IMG/VR virus record: IMGVR_UViG_3300032080_000006
Coordinates: 1 to 59,921 of that record
Strand: one strand, 5' to 3'
Source: a virus
Length of the DNA: 59,921 nt
Part shown: piece after piece, positions 26,509-35,516 of the stretch
Layout: every line of letters begins with the position of its first letter
Position numbering within the stretch: the first letter of the stretch is position 1
The notes under the pieces: generated by a model
Told to the model about the DNA's origin: nothing
Databases searched by the model: none
The model's input: only the letters and a program-made list of their open reading frames with translations
Position numbers and translations under genes: made by a program

Positions 26509-26976
26509 TCAGTGCTTGCTGTTGTAGGTGGTGCCGGTGGCCTGGCCGAAAGCCGCCAGGATCGTTTCAGCAGCACTGACCGCAGGTGCGCCGTCGCCAT
26601 TACCGCCTGCACCTTCAGCGTCGGGCTGCACGTTCGGCGAAGCACTTGCCGACATGGCCTTTTCGAATGCCGAATCGCTTGCTGCGGAAGTGGCTGCCGG
26701 AGCAACTGCCGTGGCCGGCTTCTCTTCGGCGGCATTGGCCAGGATGCCCTGCGCAACGGCCAGGGTCATGCCCGGGGTGAAAGCCAGGTGGTTGGCCAGG
26801 GTCGGACGCGAGGTGGCTTCTTCGCACTTGCGAATCGAGTCGATGCGCGCGCGCTCTTCAGCGGCGGCTTCGGCGCGTGCCTGGTCCAGATTGGGAGCAG
26901 CGGCAACAGCCGGCGCAGCAGTGGTGGTTGCAACAGGGGCGGCAGCAGTAGCGGCCGGCTTGGCTTCTTGCGTCAT
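26509..26976 (-). CDS. Possible nested in-frame scaffold protein (Nu3 analogue, 155 aa)
   Basis: Internal ATG 26976 (MTQEAKPAATAAAP) preceded by GGAG about 10 nt upstream. It lies exactly at the protease/Ala-rich boundary. Confidence 0.35.
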   Translation of the reverse strand: MTQEAKPAATAAAPVATTTAAPAVAAAPNLDQARAEAAAEERARIDSIRKCEEATSRPTLANHLAFTPGMTLAVAQGILANAAEEKPATAVAPAATSAASDSAFEKAMSASASPNVQPDAEGAGGNGDGAPAVSAAETILAAFGQATGTTYNSKH

Positions 26977-27885
26977 GTTGACGTTCTCCGCGAGTGATTC
27001 CGAGCCGGTCAGCTCAGATAGGAAATCCAATGCAGCCTTTGCCGGGGCAGAGACCGCATCGATCAGGCCGAGGGTGACGGCTTCGTCGGCACGATACGTT
27101 TCGGCCTCGGTCGCGTAAACCACATCGGCATCGAGACCGCGGTTTGCAGCTACCACGGCGACGAATTCGGTTCGGCGAGCATCCACGTTCGCCTGGATCC
27201 GGGCGCGCACCTCATCGGTGAGCGGACTATACGGGTTTCCATCTGCCTTGTGATCGCCCGAGGTGATCTGGGTGACCTTGACGCCGTCGTTCTCCAGGGC
27301 GCGGCTGTATTCGATGTGGGTCACGATCACGCCGATCGAGCCTACCCCGCCAGTCTTGATGCACACCATGCGGCCTGCCGCGCTGGCAAGCGCGTAGCCT
27401 GCCGAATAGGCCGCCGCGTCGACGACCGCCACGCTGGGCTTGATGGCGCGCGCGGCACGGATGTCCTCGGCCAGTTCGAAGCAGCCGGCCACTTCGCCGC
27501 CGTAGCTGTTCACGTCGTACATGATCCCGGTGACGTCGTCGTCGGCCATGGCCGCGTCCAGCTGCGAGCGGATGGCGTTGTAGCCGGTGACGAACCCCCA
27601 GGAGCGGCCGAAGCGGTTGAGCAGCAGGCCGCTGATCGGGATGATCGCGATGCCGCGCGCGAAGGCGAACGGCTTGTCCATGCCGTTGCGGCCATCGGCG
27701 AAGCCGTAGTTGGCCAGGGTCTCCGCGCGAGCGAAGGCCTCCTGGGTTGCCATGTCCCGACCTTCCAGCGAGATGGCGGCCATCTGGGTGAGCGCAAGTT
27801 CCACTTCCCCCTCACGGCCGCGAGCCAGAAGCATCGGAGTGTCGTTGATGCGGTTGATCACCGCCATGTCGAGACGTGCGCTCAC
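26509..27885 (-). CDS. Head maturation protease (S49/SppA family) fused to an Ala-rich scaffold domain (gpC-like)
   Basis: DVNSYGGEVAG, AAYSAGYALA and SGDHKADGNP are S49 motifs. GTG 27885 overlaps the portal stop. Confidence 0.9.
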   Translation of the reverse strand: MSARLDMAVINRINDTPMLLARGREGEVELALTQMAAISLEGRDMATQEAFARAETLANYGFADGRNGMDKPFAFARGIAIIPISGLLLNRFGRSWGFVTGYNAIRSQLDAAMADDDVTGIMYDVNSYGGEVAGCFELAEDIRAARAIKPSVAVVDAAAYSAGYALASAAGRMVCIKTGGVGSIGVIVTHIEYSRALENDGVKVTQITSGDHKADGNPYSPLTDEVRARIQANVDARRTEFVAVVAANRGLDADVVYATEAETYRADEAVTLGLIDAVSAPAKAALDFLSELTGSESLAENVNMTQEAKPAATAAAPVATTTAAPAVAAAPNLDQARAEAAAEERARIDSIRKCEEATSRPTLANHLAFTPGMTLAVAQGILANAAEEKPATAVAPAATSAASDSAFEKAMSASASPNVQPDAEGAGGNGDGAPAVSAAETILAAFGQATGTTYNSKH

Positions 27886-29522
27886 AGTTCATCCTCATCT
27901 TCTTCGTCTTGCTGCGGATCCGGCGCGGGGTTGGCATTCGATGCCGCAGCCACGTCGGCCATTGTCAGGCCGTATTCCTCAAGGGCCTTCTTCTCGCGCG
28001 CCTTCTGCGCAAGCACCTGGCGCCAATCCAATCCCTGCTTGGAGCATTCGATCTCCAGGGTGGACAGGCAGCCGTTGATGCGCATCAAGGCGGCATTCGT
28101 TTCCTTGACCTCGTCGATCTGGCCGCGTGCCGCGCCGATCCACGTCGCCTGGCAGATGGCGTCCTTGACCAGGGGCTCGTAGAACCAGTCGCGCGTCTTG
28201 CCCGGAGGCAGCGGCAGGTTGCCGTTCGCGATGTCCTCTTCGACGTACAGCTGGTAGACCTGGTTGGCGAAGCGATCGACCACGGCCGTCTTCTTGGCCA
28301 TCATCGACTTCCAGGTCTCGTTCATCGACGCGCGCGCCGAGGAGTAGTTGGTCGAGGTGTAGTCGCGAGAGAACTGCTCGTAGGACAGACCCAGGGCAGA
28401 GGCGATGTGGCGCAACAGCGACTGCTCGAAGTTCGAGCCCATGCCGCCAGGGTCACCGGCAGGTTTCAGGTTGAGCTTCGTGCCCGGGAACAGATGCGGG
28501 ATCTTGGCGCCGTCGAGCGAGATGTTGCGCGCGCTCGTCAGGTAGCTCCCCATGTCGCCCATGTAGGCGCCGAGGTAATCCCGGAAACCGTTGATCGCCG
28601 CTTGCGCACCGAGCGCGCCGCCGCCGGCACCGAGTTGCGCAAACACCTCGGGACTGGGCAGCTCCGACTCGATCGCAGCCGCAAACGACGCGTTGATGAC
28701 GGCGTTCTGGAGGGTGACCTCCTGGAACTTCTTCGTCATGCGCATCTGCTTCAGCACCGCCACCATGTCCGAGATGCCGCGCGACTGATCGACCAGGAGC
28801 GGATCCATGATGTGGATCACCTGCGAACGCCCCCATGGCTTGTTCCAGGCGACGCGCTTCCAGCGGTAGCTGTCCGGGTCCTCGACCTCGGTCGGATAGG
28901 CGTTACGGATGTGGGCAGCCACCGGGCGACCGCGCAAATCGCGCTCGATGCCGCGGCGCAGCAGGCGGTTGTCCATCACGCCGTTCGGATTGCTCAGGCG
29001 CGTCGGCGAGATCAGCTGGATGGCCGTCTTGAGCGGACGGTCGGCATCCCGGATCCACTCGGCCACGGCCAGGGCCTCGCCGGACATCACGTAGCCATTG
29101 GACACCAGGCGGCACAGACCGGTGAAGGTCAGGCGGCGCTGCGCATCCAGGTAACAGGCCTCGGACTCGGCCAGGATGGTGAAGCGGGCCTCGGCAATGC
29201 GCTGAAAATCGTTGGACCAGGCCTCGCCGACCGACTGGGAAAGGCCCAATGCCACCCAGTTGGGCTGGGCGTTGAGCCGGTACTGCGAGCCGATGATGTT
29301 GTCGCGGTGCAGGGCAGCGGCGCCAGAGGCGTAGCCGTCATTGAGCACCATGTCGCGACCGCGCGCGTCGCCCAGGTCCTTGATCGGGTTGATGATCTGG
29401 TCGGGCGAACGCATCGACGGCACCCAGCGGGCCGTCTCCCGTTCCATCTGCTCGGCGCCTTCAACGGCACCACCGATGGCTTGTTCCCGCAGAACGATAG
29501 GCTTGGCCGCGTCGCGGGCCAT
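27882..29522 (-). CDS. Portal protein, lambda gpB family
   Basis: ATG 29522 (MARDAAKPIVL) overlaps the gpW stop. 546 aa with portal-like sequence and an acidic tail EEDEDEL. Confidence 0.9.
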   Translation of the reverse strand: MARDAAKPIVLREQAIGGAVEGAEQMERETARWVPSMRSPDQIINPIKDLGDARGRDMVLNDGYASGAAALHRDNIIGSQYRLNAQPNWVALGLSQSVGEAWSNDFQRIAEARFTILAESEACYLDAQRRLTFTGLCRLVSNGYVMSGEALAVAEWIRDADRPLKTAIQLISPTRLSNPNGVMDNRLLRRGIERDLRGRPVAAHIRNAYPTEVEDPDSYRWKRVAWNKPWGRSQVIHIMDPLLVDQSRGISDMVAVLKQMRMTKKFQEVTLQNAVINASFAAAIESELPSPEVFAQLGAGGGALGAQAAINGFRDYLGAYMGDMGSYLTSARNISLDGAKIPHLFPGTKLNLKPAGDPGGMGSNFEQSLLRHIASALGLSYEQFSRDYTSTNYSSARASMNETWKSMMAKKTAVVDRFANQVYQLYVEEDIANGNLPLPPGKTRDWFYEPLVKDAICQATWIGAARGQIDEVKETNAALMRINGCLSTLEIECSKQGLDWRQVLAQKAREKKALEEYGLTMADVAAASNANPAPDPQQDEEDEDEL

Positions 29523-29758
29523 CAGAAAATCATCCCGATGGGACCGCGCGATTGTTGTACCGGCGCACCGGTGCCGCACTTGGCTTCCAGCTCCATGACG
29601 TAGCGGTACAGGTTCGCCCGATTGGCAGCGGTGAACTCCACGCGCTCGCCGTTCTGATCGACGACCACGCGGGGCATCGTGCCAGTGTTGAGCGAGTGAT
29701 ATGCCGCCCGAGCTTCATCGAGCTGCTTCTTGAGCAGGGGGTCGCAACATTGCATCAC
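29522..29758 (-). CDS. Head-tail joining protein gpW-like
   Basis: 78 aa, LKKQLDEARAAYHSLNTG...ERVEFTAANRANLYRYV. Lies between TerL and the portal as in lambda. Confidence 0.8.
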   Translation of the reverse strand: MMQCCDPLLKKQLDEARAAYHSLNTGTMPRVVVDQNGERVEFTAANRANLYRYVMELEAKCGTGAPVQQSRGPIGMIF

Positions 29759-29770
29759 GGGGTCTCCAGG

Positions 29771-31825
29771 TCAGCCGGCGAGCTGCCGGCCGAAGTCGGC
29801 GAAAGAATAGGACTGCGACTTGACTTCGTCAAATGCAAGGGGTAGGTCGGTCGAGGTGATCATGTCGTTGCGGTCATGGGTGGCCGCCCAGCGAGGCGGG
29901 TTGTTCCAGTCCAGGTGGTGGACCCCCAGTAGCTCCGACATGCAGCCGGCCATAGCGTAACAGGTCAAGTCGGTCGCCTCGTTCCGGGTGTGCGACGGGT
30001 TCTCCCAGCCCTTTGGCGTGCGCACCTCCGCACAGAGTTCGGAGTAAAACCAGTTCGGCAGCCAGTCCGGGAAGCGCAGCATGCCCTTGCCGGGCTCGAC
30101 ACAGTCCAGGCGGCCCGATAGCGCGTCCTTCATCTGGTTGGTGTTGATCAGCAGCACCGGCACGTCGCCGCGCGCAACCTGAAGCTTGTCCTTCTTCTGC
30201 GCGAGCGGGTAGGTGATGCGCGTCAGCGGCGCGTTCGGGCTGGGGTCGCCTTTGAGCAGGTGGAATCGGCCGTGCTGGTTGCGCTCGCGCAGCAGGCGGT
30301 AGAAGTCGTAGGCCTTGTCGGTCACGCTCTCGCCCTTACCCTTGGAGTAGCCGCCTGAGTCGCACACGGTGAGCTTGATGCGCATCTGGCGCGATGGGTC
30401 CTCCTGCAGCGGGTACGCCTTGTCCATCACCTCGTCGACGAGCAGTTCCCAGTCTTCGACGTAGCTGGATGGCTTCACCCACTGCATCTGCCCTGGCGCA
30501 TTGGGGTCCTCCCGCTTCGAGTACATGATGCGGAAACGGTCGATCACCAGCAGGTCAAACGGCCGCCCCGGACACACGCCGAACACCTGGACGATGAACA
30601 TGTTCTTCTGCACGTCCACGGTCGCCTGCAGGAACCGCACTTCCGGCGGAACCATCTTTTCCGGCAGCGGCTCACTGCGCGACTTGAGCACTTCGGGCAA
30701 TCGATCAGAGAACAGGCTCTTCGGAATGTAGACCTCGGCAAGGTCGTTGTTGAAGAACTTCTGCAGGCCGCCCTCGTCGCCCGTGTTCTCGTATTCCTTC
30801 TTGGCAATGAGGTAGTTCTCGACCAGCTGGCGCCACTTCATGAAGGCGGAAGCCACGCCGCGCAGCCAGAAAGACGCGATCTTGGAGCGGCGCGCAGGGC
30901 CTGCAGGCTGATCGTTCTCGTCGAAATACTGACCTTCCTTCAGCCAGCGACCTTCGAGGTTTAGGTCGAATTTTTCATCAGGCGAGATGTGGTGTTGGCA
31001 CAACGGGCAGACCATGCGCACGGTCGCCGATGCCTCGGCCTCGTTCTCCTTTTCGTCCCACTGCAGGTGCTCGAACAGCGCTTCGAAACGCTTCGCGCAC
31101 GACGGGCATTTCCAGTAGTAGCGTCGACGATCGCCGCGGTTATAGAGCGCGAAGATGCCGGTTGCCGGCGGCGCCTCGTGGGGCGTCTTCGGGATCCACT
31201 TCGGATCAGTGATTGGCTTGGACGGCGAGGACTCGGCCAGGGTCATCGCGTAGGAGCCGAAGGTGGTCGTTCGCTTCGATGCAAGATCGTACGCGTTACC
31301 GTCGCCTTCAATGTCGTCGTCGATTCGATCGTAGTCGGTGATGCCGACCTTCGGAATAGGCTTGCCGGCGAACTCGATCGGCGATGGCCAGGACAGGGTC
31401 AGCATCATGCCGCTGGCGTACTGCTTATCCATCTTGTTGTCGGCGTTGCGGTCGCCGCGCAGGGCCTTGCCGACCATGGGCGAATCGCGATGCAAACGAC
31501 CGATTCGGCGTTCCGCGAAGTCGCGCGCTGCAGCCGTCGACGGGCTGTAGATCGTCATGTCCATCGGATCGCAGATGACGGTGTGCGTCAGCCAGTTCAG
31601 CAGCAGCGAGTCGGTCTTGCTCGACTGCGCGCCACCGACAAACGCTTCGCCCTCGAACTCCGGGCTGTTCAACTCGTTCATCGGCTCGATCATGTACGGC
31701 ACGAGCGCGTTGTCCCAGTCGCCGATGTAGGCGCCCGGGTTATTGAGCTTGCGGTACTGCGTTGCCGCGTCAGAGACGCTGATGTGCTCAGCCGGCTTCA
31801 GCAGCGCGGCGAGCTCGATCACCAT
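29771..31825 (-). CDS. Terminase large subunit, gpA family
   Basis: YIGDWDNALVPYMIEPMN...GGAQSSKTDSLLLNW is a gpA pattern. ATG 31825 was chosen because it lies just after the TerS stop; the upstream ATG 31942 is possible. Confidence 0.9.
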   Translation of the reverse strand: MVIELAALLKPAEHISVSDAATQYRKLNNPGAYIGDWDNALVPYMIEPMNELNSPEFEGEAFVGGAQSSKTDSLLLNWLTHTVICDPMDMTIYSPSTAAARDFAERRIGRLHRDSPMVGKALRGDRNADNKMDKQYASGMMLTLSWPSPIEFAGKPIPKVGITDYDRIDDDIEGDGNAYDLASKRTTTFGSYAMTLAESSPSKPITDPKWIPKTPHEAPPATGIFALYNRGDRRRYYWKCPSCAKRFEALFEHLQWDEKENEAEASATVRMVCPLCQHHISPDEKFDLNLEGRWLKEGQYFDENDQPAGPARRSKIASFWLRGVASAFMKWRQLVENYLIAKKEYENTGDEGGLQKFFNNDLAEVYIPKSLFSDRLPEVLKSRSEPLPEKMVPPEVRFLQATVDVQKNMFIVQVFGVCPGRPFDLLVIDRFRIMYSKREDPNAPGQMQWVKPSSYVEDWELLVDEVMDKAYPLQEDPSRQMRIKLTVCDSGGYSKGKGESVTDKAYDFYRLLRERNQHGRFHLLKGDPSPNAPLTRITYPLAQKKDKLQVARGDVPVLLINTNQMKDALSGRLDCVEPGKGMLRFPDWLPNWFYSELCAEVRTPKGWENPSHTRNEATDLTCYAMAGCMSELLGVHHLDWNNPPRWAATHDRNDMITSTDLPLAFDEVKSQSYSFADFGRQLAG

Positions 31826-31838
31826 CTCGTCGAGGACG

Positions 31839-32441
31839 TTATAGTTCTTCGTCCTCGTCGGGTTCAGATGCGGCAATCGGTGCGGGAGCAGGTATACCTG
31901 TCCGGCTAAGTCGCTTGGTGAAGTGGTCGGTGACCGAGGCATGTAGGCTTTCCAGGGATTTATCGATGTAGCGGGTGACGACGGCGCGTTGCTTTTCGCT
32001 GAGTTCCACTTCGCGGTTGACCGAATCCTTGATCAGCAGAATGCTCATCTTGAGCCGCTTGAAGATCTCCGATAGTGCCTCAGCGACCTCCTCCTCCTTC
32101 CACAGCTTGCCATCCTGCTCTTCGTAGAGCTGGCGCGAGCGCATGCCCGCCCAGAACTCTTTGCGTAGCATCACCGGCAGCTCGGCTACGGTCATCTTGC
32201 GAATGAACTCGTCGTAGTCGGTGATCACCGGCGCCACCAGTTTCTGAGCAGCCTCCTTGATGTTGTAGATCACCACGTTGCCGCGCTTGCCACAAGGCGC
32301 CAGGCCTTCCAGCTTTGCCTTGACGTCACGGTTATCCATCTTGAACAGGGTGCTCAGCTGCGTGATGCTCGCGCCCTGATACAGCATCGCCTCCGATTCG
32401 GCGTCCTGTCGATTCCAACCGCCGCGCTTACCTTCGGCCAT
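31839..32441 (-). CDS. Terminase small subunit candidate
   Basis: 200 aa directly upstream of TerL. N-terminal HTH-like ITQLSTLFKMDNRDVKAKL. Acidic tail PDEDEEL. Confidence 0.65.
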   Translation of the reverse strand: MAEGKRGGWNRQDAESEAMLYQGASITQLSTLFKMDNRDVKAKLEGLAPCGKRGNVVIYNIKEAAQKLVAPVITDYDEFIRKMTVAELPVMLRKEFWAGMRSRQLYEEQDGKLWKEEEVAEALSEIFKRLKMSILLIKDSVNREVELSEKQRAVVTRYIDKSLESLHASVTDHFTKRLSRTGIPAPAPIAASEPDEDEEL

Positions 32442-32698
32442 TACGGCTCTCCTTCAGTGACTGCCAGGCGCTCGCGCAACACCGCGTCCAGGAGTCCCTG
32501 GTCGAGGCGCATGAGGAGGTCGATGTGCAGTGCTATGTAGATGGGTAGCGAGCGCTGTCCGCGCCGATATTGGTTGTAGGTCGAATAGGCCACCCCCAGG
32601 AGACGGCATGCGTCACCCGGGGGTAGTCCGACCGAAACCTCGTAGCGCGGCAGCAGCTCCATGCGGCGCACGATAGATGCAATGCATCTTTTTGACAA
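32441..32698 (-). CDS. Small HTH DNA-binding protein
   Basis: ACRLLGVAYSTYNQYRRGQRSLP is a helix-turn-helix pattern. The start is uncertain (TTG 32698 or an internal ATG). Confidence 0.55.
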   Translation of the reverse strand: MSKRCIASIVRRMELLPRYEVSVGLPPGDACRLLGVAYSTYNQYRRGQRSLPIYIALHIDLLMRLDQGLLDAVLRERLAVTEGEP

Positions 32699-32708
32699 CC
32701 TTTTTGCC

Positions 32709-34334
32709 TTACAGCTCCAGGTCCTCCTCGACCCTGGAATGCTTACCCAGTTGCTTCATCACCACCCTGCGTGCCCGGGACTGGGCCTTCTTGAGGTATG
32801 CGAATAGGGCGTCCTGCAACGCGCGCTTGACCCCGATGGCCGCCATCACCGCCTCGTCGATCGTCCTGTCCGCGACCAGGTGGTAGACGCGCACCGCACT
32901 CTTCTGGCCCTGGCGGTGGAGCCTGCCGATCAGCTGCAGGTACAGCTCCAGCGACCAGGGGATGTCGAAGAAGCAGATCAGGTCACCGCCGTGCTGCAGG
33001 TTCAAACCATGGCCGGCGCTCTGGGGATGGACAAGCAGCATCTTGATCTTGCCCTGGTTCCAGGCCTTGACCTCGGCGCCCTCGCGGCCCATGGCGACGG
33101 CCGTACCCTTGAACGCCTCCAGCAGGCGATCCAGCGAGGCCTTGTGGTGATAGGCGACCAGGATCGGCCGACCCTCGTTCTCCTCGCAGATCTGCCGCAG
33201 CTCTTCGATCTTCTCGTCGTGCAGGTGGTGAACGATCCGCTTAGGCACGAACTCGTCAGGACCCACCTCGGTCATGCGTGTCTCGTAAACCACGCCGGAG
33301 GCCATCTGCAGCAGCTTCTGCGACAACGCCGCGGCCGTCTCCGATTCGATCTCCACGTCGTCGCTCAGCTCGATCACCATCTCCTGCTCCATGGTGTCGT
33401 ACAGGGCGCGCGCGCGCGGCGGCAGGTGGATCTTGCGTACCAAGGAATGCAGGGGTGGCATCTCCAGGTAATCCTCAGCCTTGAGCGTCAGGCAGATGTC
33501 GGAGATGGCCGCCATGATCTCCTCTTCAGCGCCAGGTCGCATGGTCTTCTTGCGGGTGTACTTGTTCTGGGTAGCGTACTTGTCGAAGAATTTCCCGTAG
33601 TTTCGACCGAAACGCTTACCCTGATCAAGCAAGAAGATCTGCGCGAACAGGTGCAGGTAGCTCTCGGCAGTCGGTGTGGCCGTCAGTTGGTGCATGCGCG
33701 TCATCAGCGGTCGCACGCGGCGCAGTGCCTTGAAGCGGTTCGAGGTGTGGTCCTTGAAACTGCTCGACTCGTCAATGAACACGCATTTATAGGGCCAGTC
33801 CTTGCCCCAGGCTTCGACCAGGAACTCGACCTGTTCGCGGTTGATGATGTGCACGCTCGCCCTGCTCTTCGCGTAACGCGCACGCACGCCAGCGCGAGCC
33901 ACCTTCAGGCGAGCCTTCTCGACGCGGGCCTTGGTGGCGGTGGTGTTGAGCCCTTCCTGCACGCACAGCTTCTTCTCGGCACGGCCGGCGGCATTGACGG
34001 CCTCGATCAACTCCTCGTTGCGCAGGTGCTCGTAGGAGAGTGCGGTGGTGTGCGTCCACTGCGGGATCTCGTCTGGCCATGTGTTGTTGGCCACGCGCAG
34101 CGGCGCAATCACCAGCGCGTTTTCGATACGCATGCTCACGATGAGGTTCAAGATCACCGTCAGCGAGATGATCGTCTTGCCCAGGCCCAGGTCGATGAAC
34201 AACGCGCTGAAAGGGTTGTCCATCAGGAACTTCTCGGCCATGCGCTGGTACTTGTGCATGTCCTCGCGGCAACGGATGCACTCGGCCATCTTGGCGTCGA
34301 TGATGTCACTCAAATAGCTCATATGCACCTTCAA
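32709..34334 (-). CDS. SNF2/DEAD-like helicase
   Basis: DLGLGKT (motif I), VFIDESS (motif II), HPQSAGHGLNLQ and GRLHRQGQ (motifs V/VI). Confidence 0.9.
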   Translation of the reverse strand: MKVHMSYLSDIIDAKMAECIRCREDMHKYQRMAEKFLMDNPFSALFIDLGLGKTIISLTVILNLIVSMRIENALVIAPLRVANNTWPDEIPQWTHTTALSYEHLRNEELIEAVNAAGRAEKKLCVQEGLNTTATKARVEKARLKVARAGVRARYAKSRASVHIINREQVEFLVEAWGKDWPYKCVFIDESSSFKDHTSNRFKALRRVRPLMTRMHQLTATPTAESYLHLFAQIFLLDQGKRFGRNYGKFFDKYATQNKYTRKKTMRPGAEEEIMAAISDICLTLKAEDYLEMPPLHSLVRKIHLPPRARALYDTMEQEMVIELSDDVEIESETAAALSQKLLQMASGVVYETRMTEVGPDEFVPKRIVHHLHDEKIEELRQICEENEGRPILVAYHHKASLDRLLEAFKGTAVAMGREGAEVKAWNQGKIKMLLVHPQSAGHGLNLQHGGDLICFFDIPWSLELYLQLIGRLHRQGQKSAVRVYHLVADRTIDEAVMAAIGVKRALQDALFAYLKKAQSRARRVVMKQLGKHSRVEEDLEL

Positions 34335-34596
34335 TTGTGTCGATCACATGGACCTCAAGGCCGGCAGCACGCATCTCGCGATGCCGGCGCAACTGGCGCG
34401 AGGAGGGCTCCTTCTTCTCGCGCTTCCACTCAACGAAAACGCACCGACCTCTGCGCGCATAGAAGCGATCAGGAATGCCGTTCTTCGATGCGGCCATGAT
34501 CTTGAACTCGAACCAACCACGCCTTTCGGCGTAGTCGGATCCCGCCTTTTCGATCTTGCTCTCGCGCGGTGGGCTATAGCTCATCGTCATCACCAC
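34306..34596 (-). CDS. VRR-NUC domain nuclease
   Basis: GIPDRFY...VFVEWKREK matches the D...ExK nuclease core. 96 aa, adjacent to the SNF2 helicase as in related replication modules. Confidence 0.75.
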   Translation of the reverse strand: MVMTMSYSPPRESKIEKAGSDYAERRGWFEFKIMAASKNGIPDRFYARRGRCVFVEWKREKKEPSSRQLRRHREMRAAGLEVHVIDTIEGAYELFE

Positions 34597-35516
34597 AGTT
34601 CCTGCAGGTCGGCGCGCGCTGCAAAGAAGTCTCGGATGAAGCCTTCGGCAACTTCCGGAACGATTGCATTGCCGTAACCATGCAGCGCTGCCATACGTGC
34701 GGGTACCCCATTTGCCATCGGGAATGATCCGGGTTCAACGGGCCTGAAGAGTCCATCCCTGCCGAGGATCCAGTCAGCGTCTCGCCAGCTACCGTGTAGC
34801 GGACGGCTCCCTGCCAGTTGAACAGCTGCGCGGTCTCCGGCAACGCCATCGCGTTCTTGCGAGGCGTGACTCTGCCTCCCTTTATCGCGTCCGACGCCAA
34901 GGACGTTGGCCATCCGACCAGGAGCACCGCCGAAGGCAAGCTGGGGCCGCGATCCCGTCCATCGCTGCGCACTGCGCGATCCATCGTCCCACCTTTGTGA
35001 TCGTTCGCCAGTGGCGTAGGCCGCCCAATAAAGCCGCTGGCGCACATGCGGGGCGCCGAAGCCCGCAGCGCATAGATCGACCGCTGCGACGGCGTAATCC
35101 TGCGCTTCCAGGTCAGTCGATACAAGGTCGAACCACTCAAGTCCGTCCGGGCTCGCAACCTGTTCGCCAAAAACAAGCTCAGGCCGACACTGAGATATGA
35201 GCCATTCGACCGTGGGCCATAGGTGCCGCTCGTCAGCAAACCCGCCTCTCTTGCCTGACGCGCTGAAAGGTTGGCAAGGACAAGAGGCTGTCCACACGCG
35301 CATGTCTTCGGGGTATTCGGCAAGCCGCAATGCGCGGCTCCATCCGCCAATGCCGGCGAAGAAGTGGCACTGGGTGTATCGATCGAGTTCATTAGGGGTG
35401 AAGTCCTCAATGCTGCGGCAATCAACAACGCCAGGTGGGATCTCACCGGCAAGCACCAGCTCACGCAATATCGCTGCGGATTCGGGGTTGTTGTCGTTGT
35501 AGAGATTCAATGTCAA
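34590..35516 (-). CDS. DNA (cytosine-5)-methyltransferase
   Basis: FAGIGGWS (motif I), SCPCQPFS (motif IV), FGEQV (motif VI), RQRLYW (motif VIII), GNAIVPEV (motif X). Confidence 0.85.
   Translation of the reverse strand: MTLNLYNDNNPESAAILRELVLAGEIPPGVVDCRSIEDFTPNELDRYTQCHFFAGIGGWSRALRLAEYPEDMRVWTASCPCQPFSASGKRGGFADERHLWPTVEWLISQCRPELVFGEQVASPDGLEWFDLVSTDLEAQDYAVAAVDLCAAGFGAPHVRQRLYWAAYATGERSQRWDDGSRSAQRWTGSRPQLAFGGAPGRMANVLGVGRDKGRQSHASQERDGVAGDRAAVQLAGSRPLHGSWRDADWILGRDGLFRPVEPGSFPMANGVPARMAALHGYGNAIVPEVAEGFIRDFFAARADLQELW

Noticed and set aside
27876-29603. A 575-aa plus-strand ORF opposite the portal gene. Similar antisense ORFs occur at 4063-5058, 5149-6186, 6795-7814, 32880-34499, 42179-43336, 51049-52182, 53008-53850, 53727-54416 and 55881-57140.
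   Set aside because: All lie antisense to genes with clear family motifs. All have Arg/Gly/His-rich low-information sequences and break the tight operon structure. I treated them as GC-driven spurious ORFs.
34574-35464. A 296-aa alternative-frame ORF inside the methyltransferase gene that also ends in DDDEL
   Set aside because: The other frame carries all the C5-methyltransferase motifs. The DDDEL ending comes from reading the start region of the VRR-NUC gene (GTGGTGATGACGATGAGC) out of frame.
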